From positions 40,041-104,040 of the forward strand of contig CACMQB010000003.1 of NCBI GenBank assembly GCA_902615745.1: a DNA stretch of 64,000 nucleotides. The letters are read 5' to 3'. Made by a program: the position numbers and the translations under genes. This DNA comes from an uncultured Alphaproteobacteria bacterium. GTDB lineage: Bacteria > Pseudomonadota > Alphaproteobacteria > HIMB59 > GCA-002718135. Shown piece by piece: positions 56,376 through 64,000 of this stretch. How positions within the stretch are numbered: position 1 is the stretch's first letter; every line of letters begins with the position of its first letter. Below the pieces are notes generated by a model. The model saw only the letters and a program-made list of their open reading frames with translations, did no database searches and was not told the DNA's origin.

Positions 56376-56708
56376 TTATCTTCCTGGTTTTTCACTAAAA
56401 TGTTTATTAAATTTATCTTCAACATTTTGCCATTTTTCTGCATCAGAAGGTGGGTCTTTTTTTTCACTTATATTTGGCCATATTTCTGAATATTTTCTAT
56501 TAATTTCAGCCCACTTTTCTATTCCATCTTCTGTATCTGAGAAAATGGCATCAACTGGGCATTCTGGCTCACAAACGCCACAATCGATACACTCGTCTGG
56601 ATGGATTACAAGCATATTTTCACCCTCATAAAAACAATCTACTGGGCAGACTTCTACGCAGTCCATATGTTTACATTTTATACATTTTTCATCAACTATG
56701 TAGGTCAT
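56376..56708 (-). CDS. fdxA: 7Fe ferredoxin (FdxA type)
   Basis: [18 protein letters not shown] and [12 protein letters not shown] motifs. Confidence 0.95.
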   Translation of the reverse strand: MTYIVDEKCIKCKHMDCVEVCPVDCFYEGENMLVIHPDECIDCGVCEPECPVDAIFSDTEDGIEKWAEINRKYSEIWPNISEKKDPPSDAEKWQNVEDKFNKHFSEKPGR

Positions 56709-56709
56709 A

Positions 56710-57159
56710 TTATTTAAGTATTTTATCTAGAGCTCTTTTCTTAGCATTTCCAGAACTCACGTCATTTATATACAGTAATCCAGCAAGTCTTCTAATCAAA
56801 TTTGACTCAAAATCATGTATTTCTCCATCAGATAATACAATTTCCCATAAAGCTTCAACAAGAAGCAATTTTTTATCTGCAGTGAAATTTTTATTAATAA
56901 ATGAGGTGTAGTGGTGAAGAGATTTAGAATTATTTTTATTCTTTATAGCTTCATCCAAAACCAAATTTACTTCATTTGGATCTTCTTCAAAAATATTTAT
57001 TAAACTTGATTTAATTTTATTTAATTCATTTTCATCAATTTGTCCGTCAGTATATGCTGCCTCAATCATCAATCCACATAATAATTCAAGATTTTTAGTA
57101 TCTCCTTTTTCTTCTATAGAACTTTGATTATTTAAAATATTTTTTAATAAATTTATCAA
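56710..57159 (-). CDS. TerB-like family protein
   Basis: [10 protein letters not shown]...E and LWEIVLSDG....[11 protein letters not shown] patterns. Confidence 0.85.
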   Translation of the reverse strand: MINLLKNILNNQSSIEEKGDTKNLELLCGLMIEAAYTDGQIDENELNKIKSSLINIFEEDPNEVNLVLDEAIKNKNNSKSLHHYTSFINKNFTADKKLLLVEALWEIVLSDGEIHDFESNLIRRLAGLLYINDVSSGNAKKRALDKILK

Positions 57160-57177
57160 TTTTTACCTATTATTCAT

Positions 57178-59727
57178 TTAAAGAAGTTTTTCTAAGACTG
57201 CAAAGGGAGAATTAGGGTCTTTTTTAGTTTCATTTATTTTAGTTTTTTTATTATTTATTTTTACTTTATTTTTTTTTGTAATTTTTTTAATTTCTTTTTT
57301 ATTATTTTTTAAAAAATATAACTTTTTTTTATCATATGTAGCTAAATAATCGTAACCACAAAAAACCATAATATCTTTAAGTTGATCACTATTACATCCA
57401 ATTGGGTTCATCAAATCAGAAGATTCCAAAAAAGGACCTTTTTTTATTTTTTGCCTTGCTAAGAAAAAAATTTTTTCAAATACATCAATTCTAAATACGA
57501 AACCTTTAATATTGATATAACCAATAGATTGCCAATAATTATCGGGCATTTTAATCTCTGATATAAATGATACTCTTCCATTTTGTGGTAATGGTAAAAA
57601 ATTATCTAATTCACTTTTGTAGAAAGTTTTCCATAAAATTGCACAAAACTCCAATGGTTTTTTTTTTAATAAATTTGGTATAAAAAAATATTTTGCTCCA
57701 ATCCTAATACCAAGTTTCGAAAGTTGAAGTTTACTCTCTTGTGAAATTGTTTTTAAGTTATATTTAAATGTTTCAACTGGATAGTTTCCAAAATTCTCTA
57801 AACAGTTAAAAACAATTCCTCTTATTTCTGAATTCATTTCTTCATCTAAGTTTTTTGTAAGAGGATGAATTGTATCATTTATTTCATTGTCTAACCATTT
57901 TTGAAGTTTTGCAGATATCAATAATTTATTTTCTGAAGATAAATATTCAGAATTTAAAGCTTCGGCAAAAGGTTTATAAATTGATCTACCTTTTTTTATT
58001 TTTCCAATTGCTTCTTCTCCCCAACAAATTAAAGTTTCATCTTTAATTTTAGATTTACTAATATCCTCAAATCTAATCGATTCTAATGGTGCATTCAAAA
58101 AATTATTTACTTTTTCATCAATCATTTTTCTTACAGATTTTTTTATATTACTAATCGAAAAAAGGGATTGTGAAAATATTTTTTTATCCTCAATAAGATC
58201 AAAACCCCTAATAATTCCATATTTTGTATTATCGAGATAAATTTTATTGTCATTTTTAATAAGAATATCTTCGACATCTTGAAATGTAGGTTTGCTAATG
58301 AAATATTTAGATGAGTAGTCTATAAATTTTTTTGTAAGACTTTCATGTAATTGATCTGATAGATTATTTTCTATTTGATGAGTTTTTTCTTTCCAAAAAT
58401 ATTTCTTTTTGAGCCAGTCATGATTATTAGAAATATATGTCCAGGTTCTTATTTGTGAAATTTTTATTGATAACTCAGGTATACCTCCGCCAAAGTTATC
58501 AAGTCTACTTACTTTTTTATCTATCCATTCTTCAGGTAGTTTGTAATTGTTTTCTATTAATGTAAGAAATATATCTTTTAAAAGTAATAAGTAATTATCA
58601 TTAAATAATTTTTCAAAATCTGGTATTTGGCAAATATCCCAAAGTAATTTTAAATTTAATTTTGATTCTAAATTATTTCTTATTTCTTTATCATCTATTA
58701 AAGAACGAAAATTAATTTCATCCAAAGCATTTTTTTTATGAATAAAATAACTTTGTATTGGATATTTTTTTAATGATGATAATAATAAATCAATAGAGTC
58801 AAAATTAAGATCGCTATTTCTCCAATAAATCTTTTGAATACTATCAAAGTTATGATTTTCTATTTGCTGTATTACCAATGGATCTAAATTACCAGCTTCT
58901 TTTGTATAACTGAAAGTTCCATTTTTTTTATATCTACCTGCTCTACCCGCTATTTGACCAATTTCGTTAGGAGCAAGATTTCGATTATATCTGCCATCAA
59001 ATTTTTCTAATGATGAAAAACTTACATGATTTATATTTAGATTCAAACCCATTCCAATAGCATCTGTAGCTACCAAGTAATCAACGTTTTTATTTTCATA
59101 TACCTCTACTTGAGCATTTCTAGTTCTTGGGCTAAGTGAGCCTAAAACAACTGCGGCTCCACCTTTGTGAGTTCTAATATTTTCAGCAATTTCATAAACT
59201 TTGTTTATATTGAATGCAATTATTGCAGATCTAGGCTCAAGTTTAGAAAAATTTTGCTTCCTTAAAAAAGTAAGTTGTGAAAATCTACTTTTTTTTTCGA
59301 TAGTAATATTAGGGTAAATTTTTTTTAATATATTTTCTATGTTTAAAGATCCTAAAAATATAGTTTGAAAATTACCTTTTTGATTTAAAATTCTATCTGT
59401 AAAAATATGACCTCTTTCATAATCAGCTGCAAGTTGGATTTCATCAATTATTAAACAATCTACAGAAATATTATTAGGCATTGACTCCACAGTACAAAAA
59501 AAGTATTTGGCTTCTTTAGGAATAATTTTCTCTTCACCAGTTATTAAAGCTACATTGCTAATCCCAACTCTTTTTACTGCTTTGTCATAATTCTCTCTAG
59601 CAAGTAATCTTAACGGAAAGCCGAATACTCCCGAAGAATATGTGAACAGTTTTTCAAACGCTGTATAAGTTTTTCCAGTATTAGTAGGCCCAAGTATTGC
59701 TAACAAATTTTCGTCTGCATTAGACAT
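57178..59727 (-). CDS. SUV3-like SF2 helicase (alphaproteobacterial MgpS type)
   Basis: GPTNTGKT, PLRLLARE, DEIQ, ATDAIGMGLN and QIAGRAGR motifs, plus the C-terminal DPNSPFAVL motif. Confidence 0.9.
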   Translation of the reverse strand: MSNADENLLAILGPTNTGKTYTAFEKLFTYSSGVFGFPLRLLARENYDKAVKRVGISNVALITGEEKIIPKEAKYFFCTVESMPNNISVDCLIIDEIQLAADYERGHIFTDRILNQKGNFQTIFLGSLNIENILKKIYPNITIEKKSRFSQLTFLRKQNFSKLEPRSAIIAFNINKVYEIAENIRTHKGGAAVVLGSLSPRTRNAQVEVYENKNVDYLVATDAIGMGLNLNINHVSFSSLEKFDGRYNRNLAPNEIGQIAGRAGRYKKNGTFSYTKEAGNLDPLVIQQIENHNFDSIQKIYWRNSDLNFDSIDLLLSSLKKYPIQSYFIHKKNALDEINFRSLIDDKEIRNNLESKLNLKLLWDICQIPDFEKLFNDNYLLLLKDIFLTLIENNYKLPEEWIDKKVSRLDNFGGGIPELSIKISQIRTWTYISNNHDWLKKKYFWKEKTHQIENNLSDQLHESLTKKFIDYSSKYFISKPTFQDVEDILIKNDNKIYLDNTKYGIIRGFDLIEDKKIFSQSLFSISNIKKSVRKMIDEKVNNFLNAPLESIRFEDISKSKIKDETLICWGEEAIGKIKKGRSIYKPFAEALNSEYLSSENKLLISAKLQKWLDNEINDTIHPLTKNLDEEMNSEIRGIVFNCLENFGNYPVETFKYNLKTISQESKLQLSKLGIRIGAKYFFIPNLLKKKPLEFCAILWKTFYKSELDNFLPLPQNGRVSFISEIKMPDNYWQSIGYINIKGFVFRIDVFEKIFFLARQKIKKGPFLESSDLMNPIGCNSDQLKDIMVFCGYDYLATYDKKKLYFLKNNKKEIKKITKKNKVKINNKKTKINETKKDPNSPFAVLEKLL

Positions 59728-59731
59728 CAAA

Positions 59732-62374
59732 TTATGCAGCTTCTGATATTATTTCATTTAAAACGTAATTTAAAATTCCTCCTGCTTTATAATATTCAAG
59801 TTCTTTATTAGTATCAATTCTACACTTTAAATGTATTTTTTTAGTCTCTTTAGAATAAATTTCACAATTAAGAATAGCTCCTGGTTTTATTTTAGACAAA
59901 CCAAGAATAGAGATGATTTCTTCACCCAAAATATTAAGATTTTTTTTGTTTTCATTATTAATAAATTCAAGAGGTAAAACTCCCATTCCTATTAAATTTG
60001 ATCTATGAATTCTCTCAAAACTTTCAGCAATTACTGCCCTAACACCTAAAAGTCTTGTTCCTTTAGCTGCCCAATCCCTAGAAGAACCAGTGCCATATTC
60101 TTTACCTGCTACTATAACTGTATCAATATTATTCTTAATATATTCTTGAGCCGCATCATATATTGACATTTGTTTATTTGAAATAAAAGATTTTGTGTAG
60201 CCTCCTTCCACATTATTTAGAATCTGGTTTTTAATTCTTATGTTAGCAAATGTACCACGCATCATAATTTCGTGATTACCCCGTCTGGATCCGTACGAAT
60301 TGAAATTTCTAGAATTAATTTGTCTATCTGTTAAATAAACACCAGCTGGACTATCTTCCTTAATGCTTCCAGCTGGTGAAATATGGTCTGTTGTTACACT
60401 GTCACCTAGTAGAGCTAATATTCTCGCTTTTTTTATATCTTTTAACTCAAATTTATTTTGTGTATCAAAAAAAGGAGGATGTTTTATATAAGTACTAGTA
60501 TCGCTCCAATCATATGTAGTATCTTTGGAATTGTTAATTGACTTCCAATTATGATCACCTTTGTAAATTTCTTTATATCTGTCTTTAAACATTTCTGGTG
60601 TCAAACATAAACTTAGTGTTTGATTAATTTCTTTATTTGTTGGCCATAAGTCTTTTAAAAATATCTCTTTTCCAAATTTAGATTTACCTAAAGAGTCAGT
60701 TGTAAGATTAATATTAATATTACCTGCAATTGCATAAGCAATAACAAGGGGTGGTGAAGCTAAAAAATTAGCTTTCACTTCTTGGTGAACTCTACCCTCA
60801 AAGTTTCTATTTCCAGATAAAACCGAACAAACTGTCAAATTATTTTTTTTAATTTCATTAGATACCCATTCATCTAAAGGACCAGAATTGCCAATACAAG
60901 TTGTACATCCGTAGCCAACAGTATTGAAGCCAAGCTTATTTAAATAAGTAGATAGATCAGCTTTATCTAGATAATCACTAACAACTTTACTACCTGGTGC
61001 TAAACTTGTTTTAACCCAAGGCTTAACTTCTAAGCCCAAATTAATTGCCTTTTTAGCAACCAAGCCAGCAGCAATCATTACATTTGGATTTGAAGTATTT
61101 GTACAACTAGTAACTGCAGCTATTACAATATCACCTGTATTTAACTTATTTTTAGTTTTATTTGAACTATTATCTATCTTACTAAATTCAATTGGAACCT
61201 CTTTCAAAAGAATTTTATCTTGTGGTCTTTTTGGTCCAGCTAAACTTGGTTCAATTGAATTTAATTCTAATAATATTTTGTCTGAATATTCAGGTGCATA
61301 ATTTGCATCTGCCCATAGAGTTTGCTTTTTTGAATATTGTTCAACAATATTTAGATGATCATTATCTTTGCCAGTTAACTTAAGATAATCAATAGTTTCT
61401 TCATCAGTCGGAAAAAAACCACAAGTTGCTCCATACTCTGGAGCCATATTTGAAATTGTAGCTCTGTCAGCTAATGATAAACTTTTTAAACCTGTTCCAT
61501 AAAATTCTACAAACTTTCCAACCACTCCTTTGTCTCTAAGAATTTTAGTTATAGATAAAACTAGATCAGTTGCAGTAATTCCCTCATTCAATGATCCTTT
61601 TAATTCAAAACCAATAACGTCTGGAATATTCATAGAAATTGCTTGACCTAGCATTGCAGCCTCTGCTTCTATGCCTCCAACTCCCCATCCTAAAACAGAG
61701 AGTGAATTAACCATAGTTGTGTGACTATCAGTTCCTACTACTGAATCTGGAAATAAATAGTTTTGATTTTCAATTTGTTTAATCCATATTGTTTTAGCAA
61801 TATTTTCTAGATTTACTTGATGACAAATTCCAGCTCCTGGAGGCACGAGATAAAAGTTATCAAACGAACTTTGTCCCCATTTTAGAAATTCGTATCTTTC
61901 TTTATTTCTATCAAATTCTTTTTTTACATTTTCTTTCAAAGCATTTTTATCTTTATAATTATCAACCATAACGGAATGGTCTATAACTAGATCTACTCTA
62001 GAAAGTGGGTTTATTTTTTTTGGCTCAATTCCTTTTAATTTTAATGCATTTCGCATTGCTGCAAGATCAGCTACAGCTGGGACACCTGTAAAGTCCTGCA
62101 TTAAAACACGTGTTGGGAAAAAAGCTATTTCAATTTTTTCATCTTTTTTATTTTTTTCTTTTAAGTAAGGGATCAAATTAGAAATCATCTCTTTACTAAT
62201 ATTCTCTCCATCTTCATTCCTAAGAAGATTTTCAATTATTATTTTAATTGATATTGGAATTTTATTAAGATCAATATCAAAGTATTCTGCTAATTTATTC
62301 AAATCAAAATATTTAAAATTTTGATTATTTATTTCAATTATATTTTCAGTATTAAAAGAATTTATATTTTTCAT
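59732..62374 (-). CDS. acnA: Aconitate hydratase A
   Basis: QDFTGVP, DHS, GTDSHT, TSCTN, GCTTCIGNSG and SGNRNFEGR motifs; start placed at the ATG at 62374. Confidence 0.97.
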   Translation of the reverse strand: MKNINSFNTENIIEINNQNFKYFDLNKLAEYFDIDLNKIPISIKIIIENLLRNEDGENISKEMISNLIPYLKEKNKKDEKIEIAFFPTRVLMQDFTGVPAVADLAAMRNALKLKGIEPKKINPLSRVDLVIDHSVMVDNYKDKNALKENVKKEFDRNKERYEFLKWGQSSFDNFYLVPPGAGICHQVNLENIAKTIWIKQIENQNYLFPDSVVGTDSHTTMVNSLSVLGWGVGGIEAEAAMLGQAISMNIPDVIGFELKGSLNEGITATDLVLSITKILRDKGVVGKFVEFYGTGLKSLSLADRATISNMAPEYGATCGFFPTDEETIDYLKLTGKDNDHLNIVEQYSKKQTLWADANYAPEYSDKILLELNSIEPSLAGPKRPQDKILLKEVPIEFSKIDNSSNKTKNKLNTGDIVIAAVTSCTNTSNPNVMIAAGLVAKKAINLGLEVKPWVKTSLAPGSKVVSDYLDKADLSTYLNKLGFNTVGYGCTTCIGNSGPLDEWVSNEIKKNNLTVCSVLSGNRNFEGRVHQEVKANFLASPPLVIAYAIAGNININLTTDSLGKSKFGKEIFLKDLWPTNKEINQTLSLCLTPEMFKDRYKEIYKGDHNWKSINNSKDTTYDWSDTSTYIKHPPFFDTQNKFELKDIKKARILALLGDSVTTDHISPAGSIKEDSPAGVYLTDRQINSRNFNSYGSRRGNHEIMMRGTFANIRIKNQILNNVEGGYTKSFISNKQMSIYDAAQEYIKNNIDTVIVAGKEYGTGSSRDWAAKGTRLLGVRAVIAESFERIHRSNLIGMGVLPLEFINNENKKNLNILGEEIISILGLSKIKPGAILNCEIYSKETKKIHLKCRIDTNKELEYYKAGGILNYVLNEIISEAA

Positions 62375-62605
62375 GCTAAATTGATTAATAATTATAATAT
62401 TTAAATAGTATGAAGATAAATTTTTGTATAGCAAAATGTTTATTTATTATAAGTTTTCTGCCAAAAATATAAAATTAAGTTCCTAATTTTTTTTGTTAAT
62501 TTTTAAAAAGAAATAATACGAAACTTAAATCAAATTAATTTTTAAATATTGGTATATTGTTGACTTTAACCGTAAGTTTTGGGAATAAATGCATAGCCTT
62601 TTATA

Positions 62606-62668
62606 ATTATCGCTTAGGCGATGATGGAGGGAGGTTCCTCCGGGGTAACAAAATACAAGGAGTATTTT
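62606..62668 (+). promoter_or_regulatory. Structured 5' leader of the poly-lysine protein gene
   Basis: Hairpins ATTATCGC-TTAG-GCGATGAT (62606-62625), GGAGG-GAGGTT-CCTCC (62626-62641) and AAAATAC-AAGGA-GTATTTT (62650-62668); the last one contains the SD. Confidence 0.65.
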
Positions 62669-62845
62669 ATGGCTAAGAAGAAAAAGAAAGCTGCTCCAAA
62701 GAAAAAGAAAAAAGCAGCTCCTAAGAAAAAGAAAAAAGCAGCTCCTAAAAAGAAAAAGAAAAAAGCTGCGCCTAAGAAAAAGAAAAAAGCAGCTCCTAAA
62801 AAGAAAAAGAAAAAAGCTGCTAAAAAGAAGAAAAAGAGAAGATAG
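62669..62845 (+). CDS. 58-aa lysine-rich, histone H1-like/protamine-like protein, MA(K5-6AAP)n...RR
   Basis: AAGGAG SD, synonymous variation between repeat units, downstream terminator; 37 Lys, 2 Arg and no acidic residue. Confidence 0.85.
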   Translation: MAKKKKKAAPKKKKKAAPKKKKKAAPKKKKKKAAPKKKKKAAPKKKKKKAAKKKKKRR

Positions 62846-62912
62846 TAATATCTCAAATTTTCAAGAAAACTTTAATTTAAAGTTTTCTTTTTCTTATCTT
62901 TTTCAAAAAGAT

Positions 62913-62938
62913 AAAACGGGGTTCTGCCCCGTTTTTTT
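62913..62938 (+). terminator. Rho-independent terminator
   Basis: AAAACGGGG-TTCTG-CCCCG followed by T7. Confidence 0.85.
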
Positions 62939-62973
62939 ATTGTTTTAAATCAAAAAGTAATTAGATCTTAATT

Positions 62974-63579
62974 ATGATAATTGTTAAAGATTTAACAGTG
63001 GAAAGATTAGATAAAAAAATATTTGAAAATATCAATCTGTCTCTTGCATCTGGAAACATAACTATTTTAAAGGGTAAAAATGGTTCTGGTAAAACTACAT
63101 TTTTAAAAACAATATTAAATTTAATAGCGCCATCATTTGGATCAATATATTGGAAAGGAAAATTATTAAGAACAAATTTATACGACTTTTATAATAACGT
63201 TACATATATTGCTGATAAAACAACTAGCTTAACAAAATTAAGTGTCAAAGATAATATTAATATTTGGAGAAAAATTTTTTTATCGAATATTAATGATTCT
63301 CAAATTGAAGTTGCTTTAAAAACTTTAAAATTAGAAAACTATTTGAATCAAAAAGTTACAACTTTATCTTTAGGAGAAACTAAAAAATTAGAATTATTAA
63401 GATTAATAATAGAAAACAAAAAAATTTGGGTCCTTGATGAACCTTTATCAAGTTTAGACGATGATTCAATTGAATTAATTAAACAAACTTTTGAAGATCA
63501 TTGTGCTAAAGAAGGGTCAATAATTTTTAGCTCACATCAGAATCCTGGGATCTATGTAACAGAAGAAATTCATCTATAA
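62974..63579 (+). CDS. ccmA: Heme export ABC ATPase CcmA
   Basis: GKNGSGKTT, LSLGE signature, WVLDEP and SSH motifs; acnA/ccmA divergent synteny. Confidence 0.9.
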   Translation: MIIVKDLTVERLDKKIFENINLSLASGNITILKGKNGSGKTTFLKTILNLIAPSFGSIYWKGKLLRTNLYDFYNNVTYIADKTTSLTKLSVKDNINIWRKIFLSNINDSQIEVALKTLKLENYLNQKVTTLSLGETKKLELLRLIIENKKIWVLDEPLSSLDDDSIELIKQTFEDHCAKEGSIIFSSHQNPGIYVTEEIHL

Positions 63580-63582
63580 AAA

Positions 63583-64000
63583 ATGAAATTTTTAAAAAAA
63601 ATAATTTTTTTCTATTACAGAGAATACAAATTAAATCTTAGTGGTATTCAAGATATTTTAACCAATATTATTTTCTTTTTTGTATCGATTTTCATATTCA
63701 TTTTTTCTATTGGCCCAGATAAGGAAACAATTTCTTTCATAGGAGTGGGTATCATATGGACATTATTATTACTAAGTTCAACATTATCTTTAAGGAAATT
63801 TTATCAAGAAGACTTTGAAAATGGAAATTTATTTATTATGCATTTAAATGGATTTAGCTTTGGTTTTATTGCTATTTTGAAAACATTTTCACATTTTTTA
63901 TTTGTGCAGGTACCTTTTCTATTATCAATACCGATTGCATGCATCTTACTAAATATTGCTAATGATAAACTCTTCTACTTATTTGCTAGTTTTAGCATAG
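63583..64000 (+). CDS. ccmB: Heme exporter permease CcmB (3'-truncated by the window edge)
   Basis: Own translation: MKFLKKIIFFYYREYKL...FSIGPD...GIIWTLLLLSSTLSL.KFYQEDFENG; follows ccmA. Confidence 0.85.
   Translation, partial: MKFLKKIIFFYYREYKLNLSGIQDILTNIIFFFVSIFIFIFSIGPDKETISFIGVGIIWTLLLLSSTLSLRKFYQEDFENGNLFIMHLNGFSFGFIAILKTFSHFLFVQVPFLLSIPIACILLNIANDKLFYLFASFSI

Noticed and set aside
62614-62856. Phe-rich ORF on the - strand, and the longer 62621 start for the lysine-rich ORF
   Set aside because: The - strand ORF mirrors the lysine codons. The SD, leader and terminator support the + strand gene starting at ATG 62669.

Overview
Gene-dense, very AT-rich core-chromosome segment of a streamlined alphaproteobacterium. 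A marine SAR11/HIMB59-like lifestyle is inferred from composition, tiny intergenic gaps and gene order, and is not proven. It carries proBA-nadD-rsfS-ctpA-rppH, the F1 ATPase operon atpHAGDC, priA/transaldolase, the TCA block sdhCDAB-mdh-sucCD-sucAB-lpdA, ffh-rpsP-rimM-trmD-rplS-leuCDB-asd, dapF-mtaB-ftsY-ispZ, pgk, gcrA, dxs-panB, dusA, acnA-helicase-terB-fdxA-carD-rpoH and the start of ccmAB, plus one tRNA-Arg(UCG). I found no mobile element or CRISPR array. The most notable items outside the housekeeping annotation are: (1) a stand-alone, promoter-led, ~135-nt multi-stem RNA at 26935-27069 that I cannot assign to a known family; (2) a 58-aa poly-lysine (K5-6AAP) protein gene between acnA and ccmA, with a three-hairpin leader and a three-hairpin trailer; (3) related acidic repeat tails on ribosomal proteins S16 and L19; (4) a metallophosphoesterase-fold protein with nearly all metal ligands lost, between carD and an rpoH gene; (5) two small genes missed by the ORF track; (6) a secreted zinc metallopeptidase where xerC usually lies. 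All calls are by eye from motifs and synteny; no searches were run.
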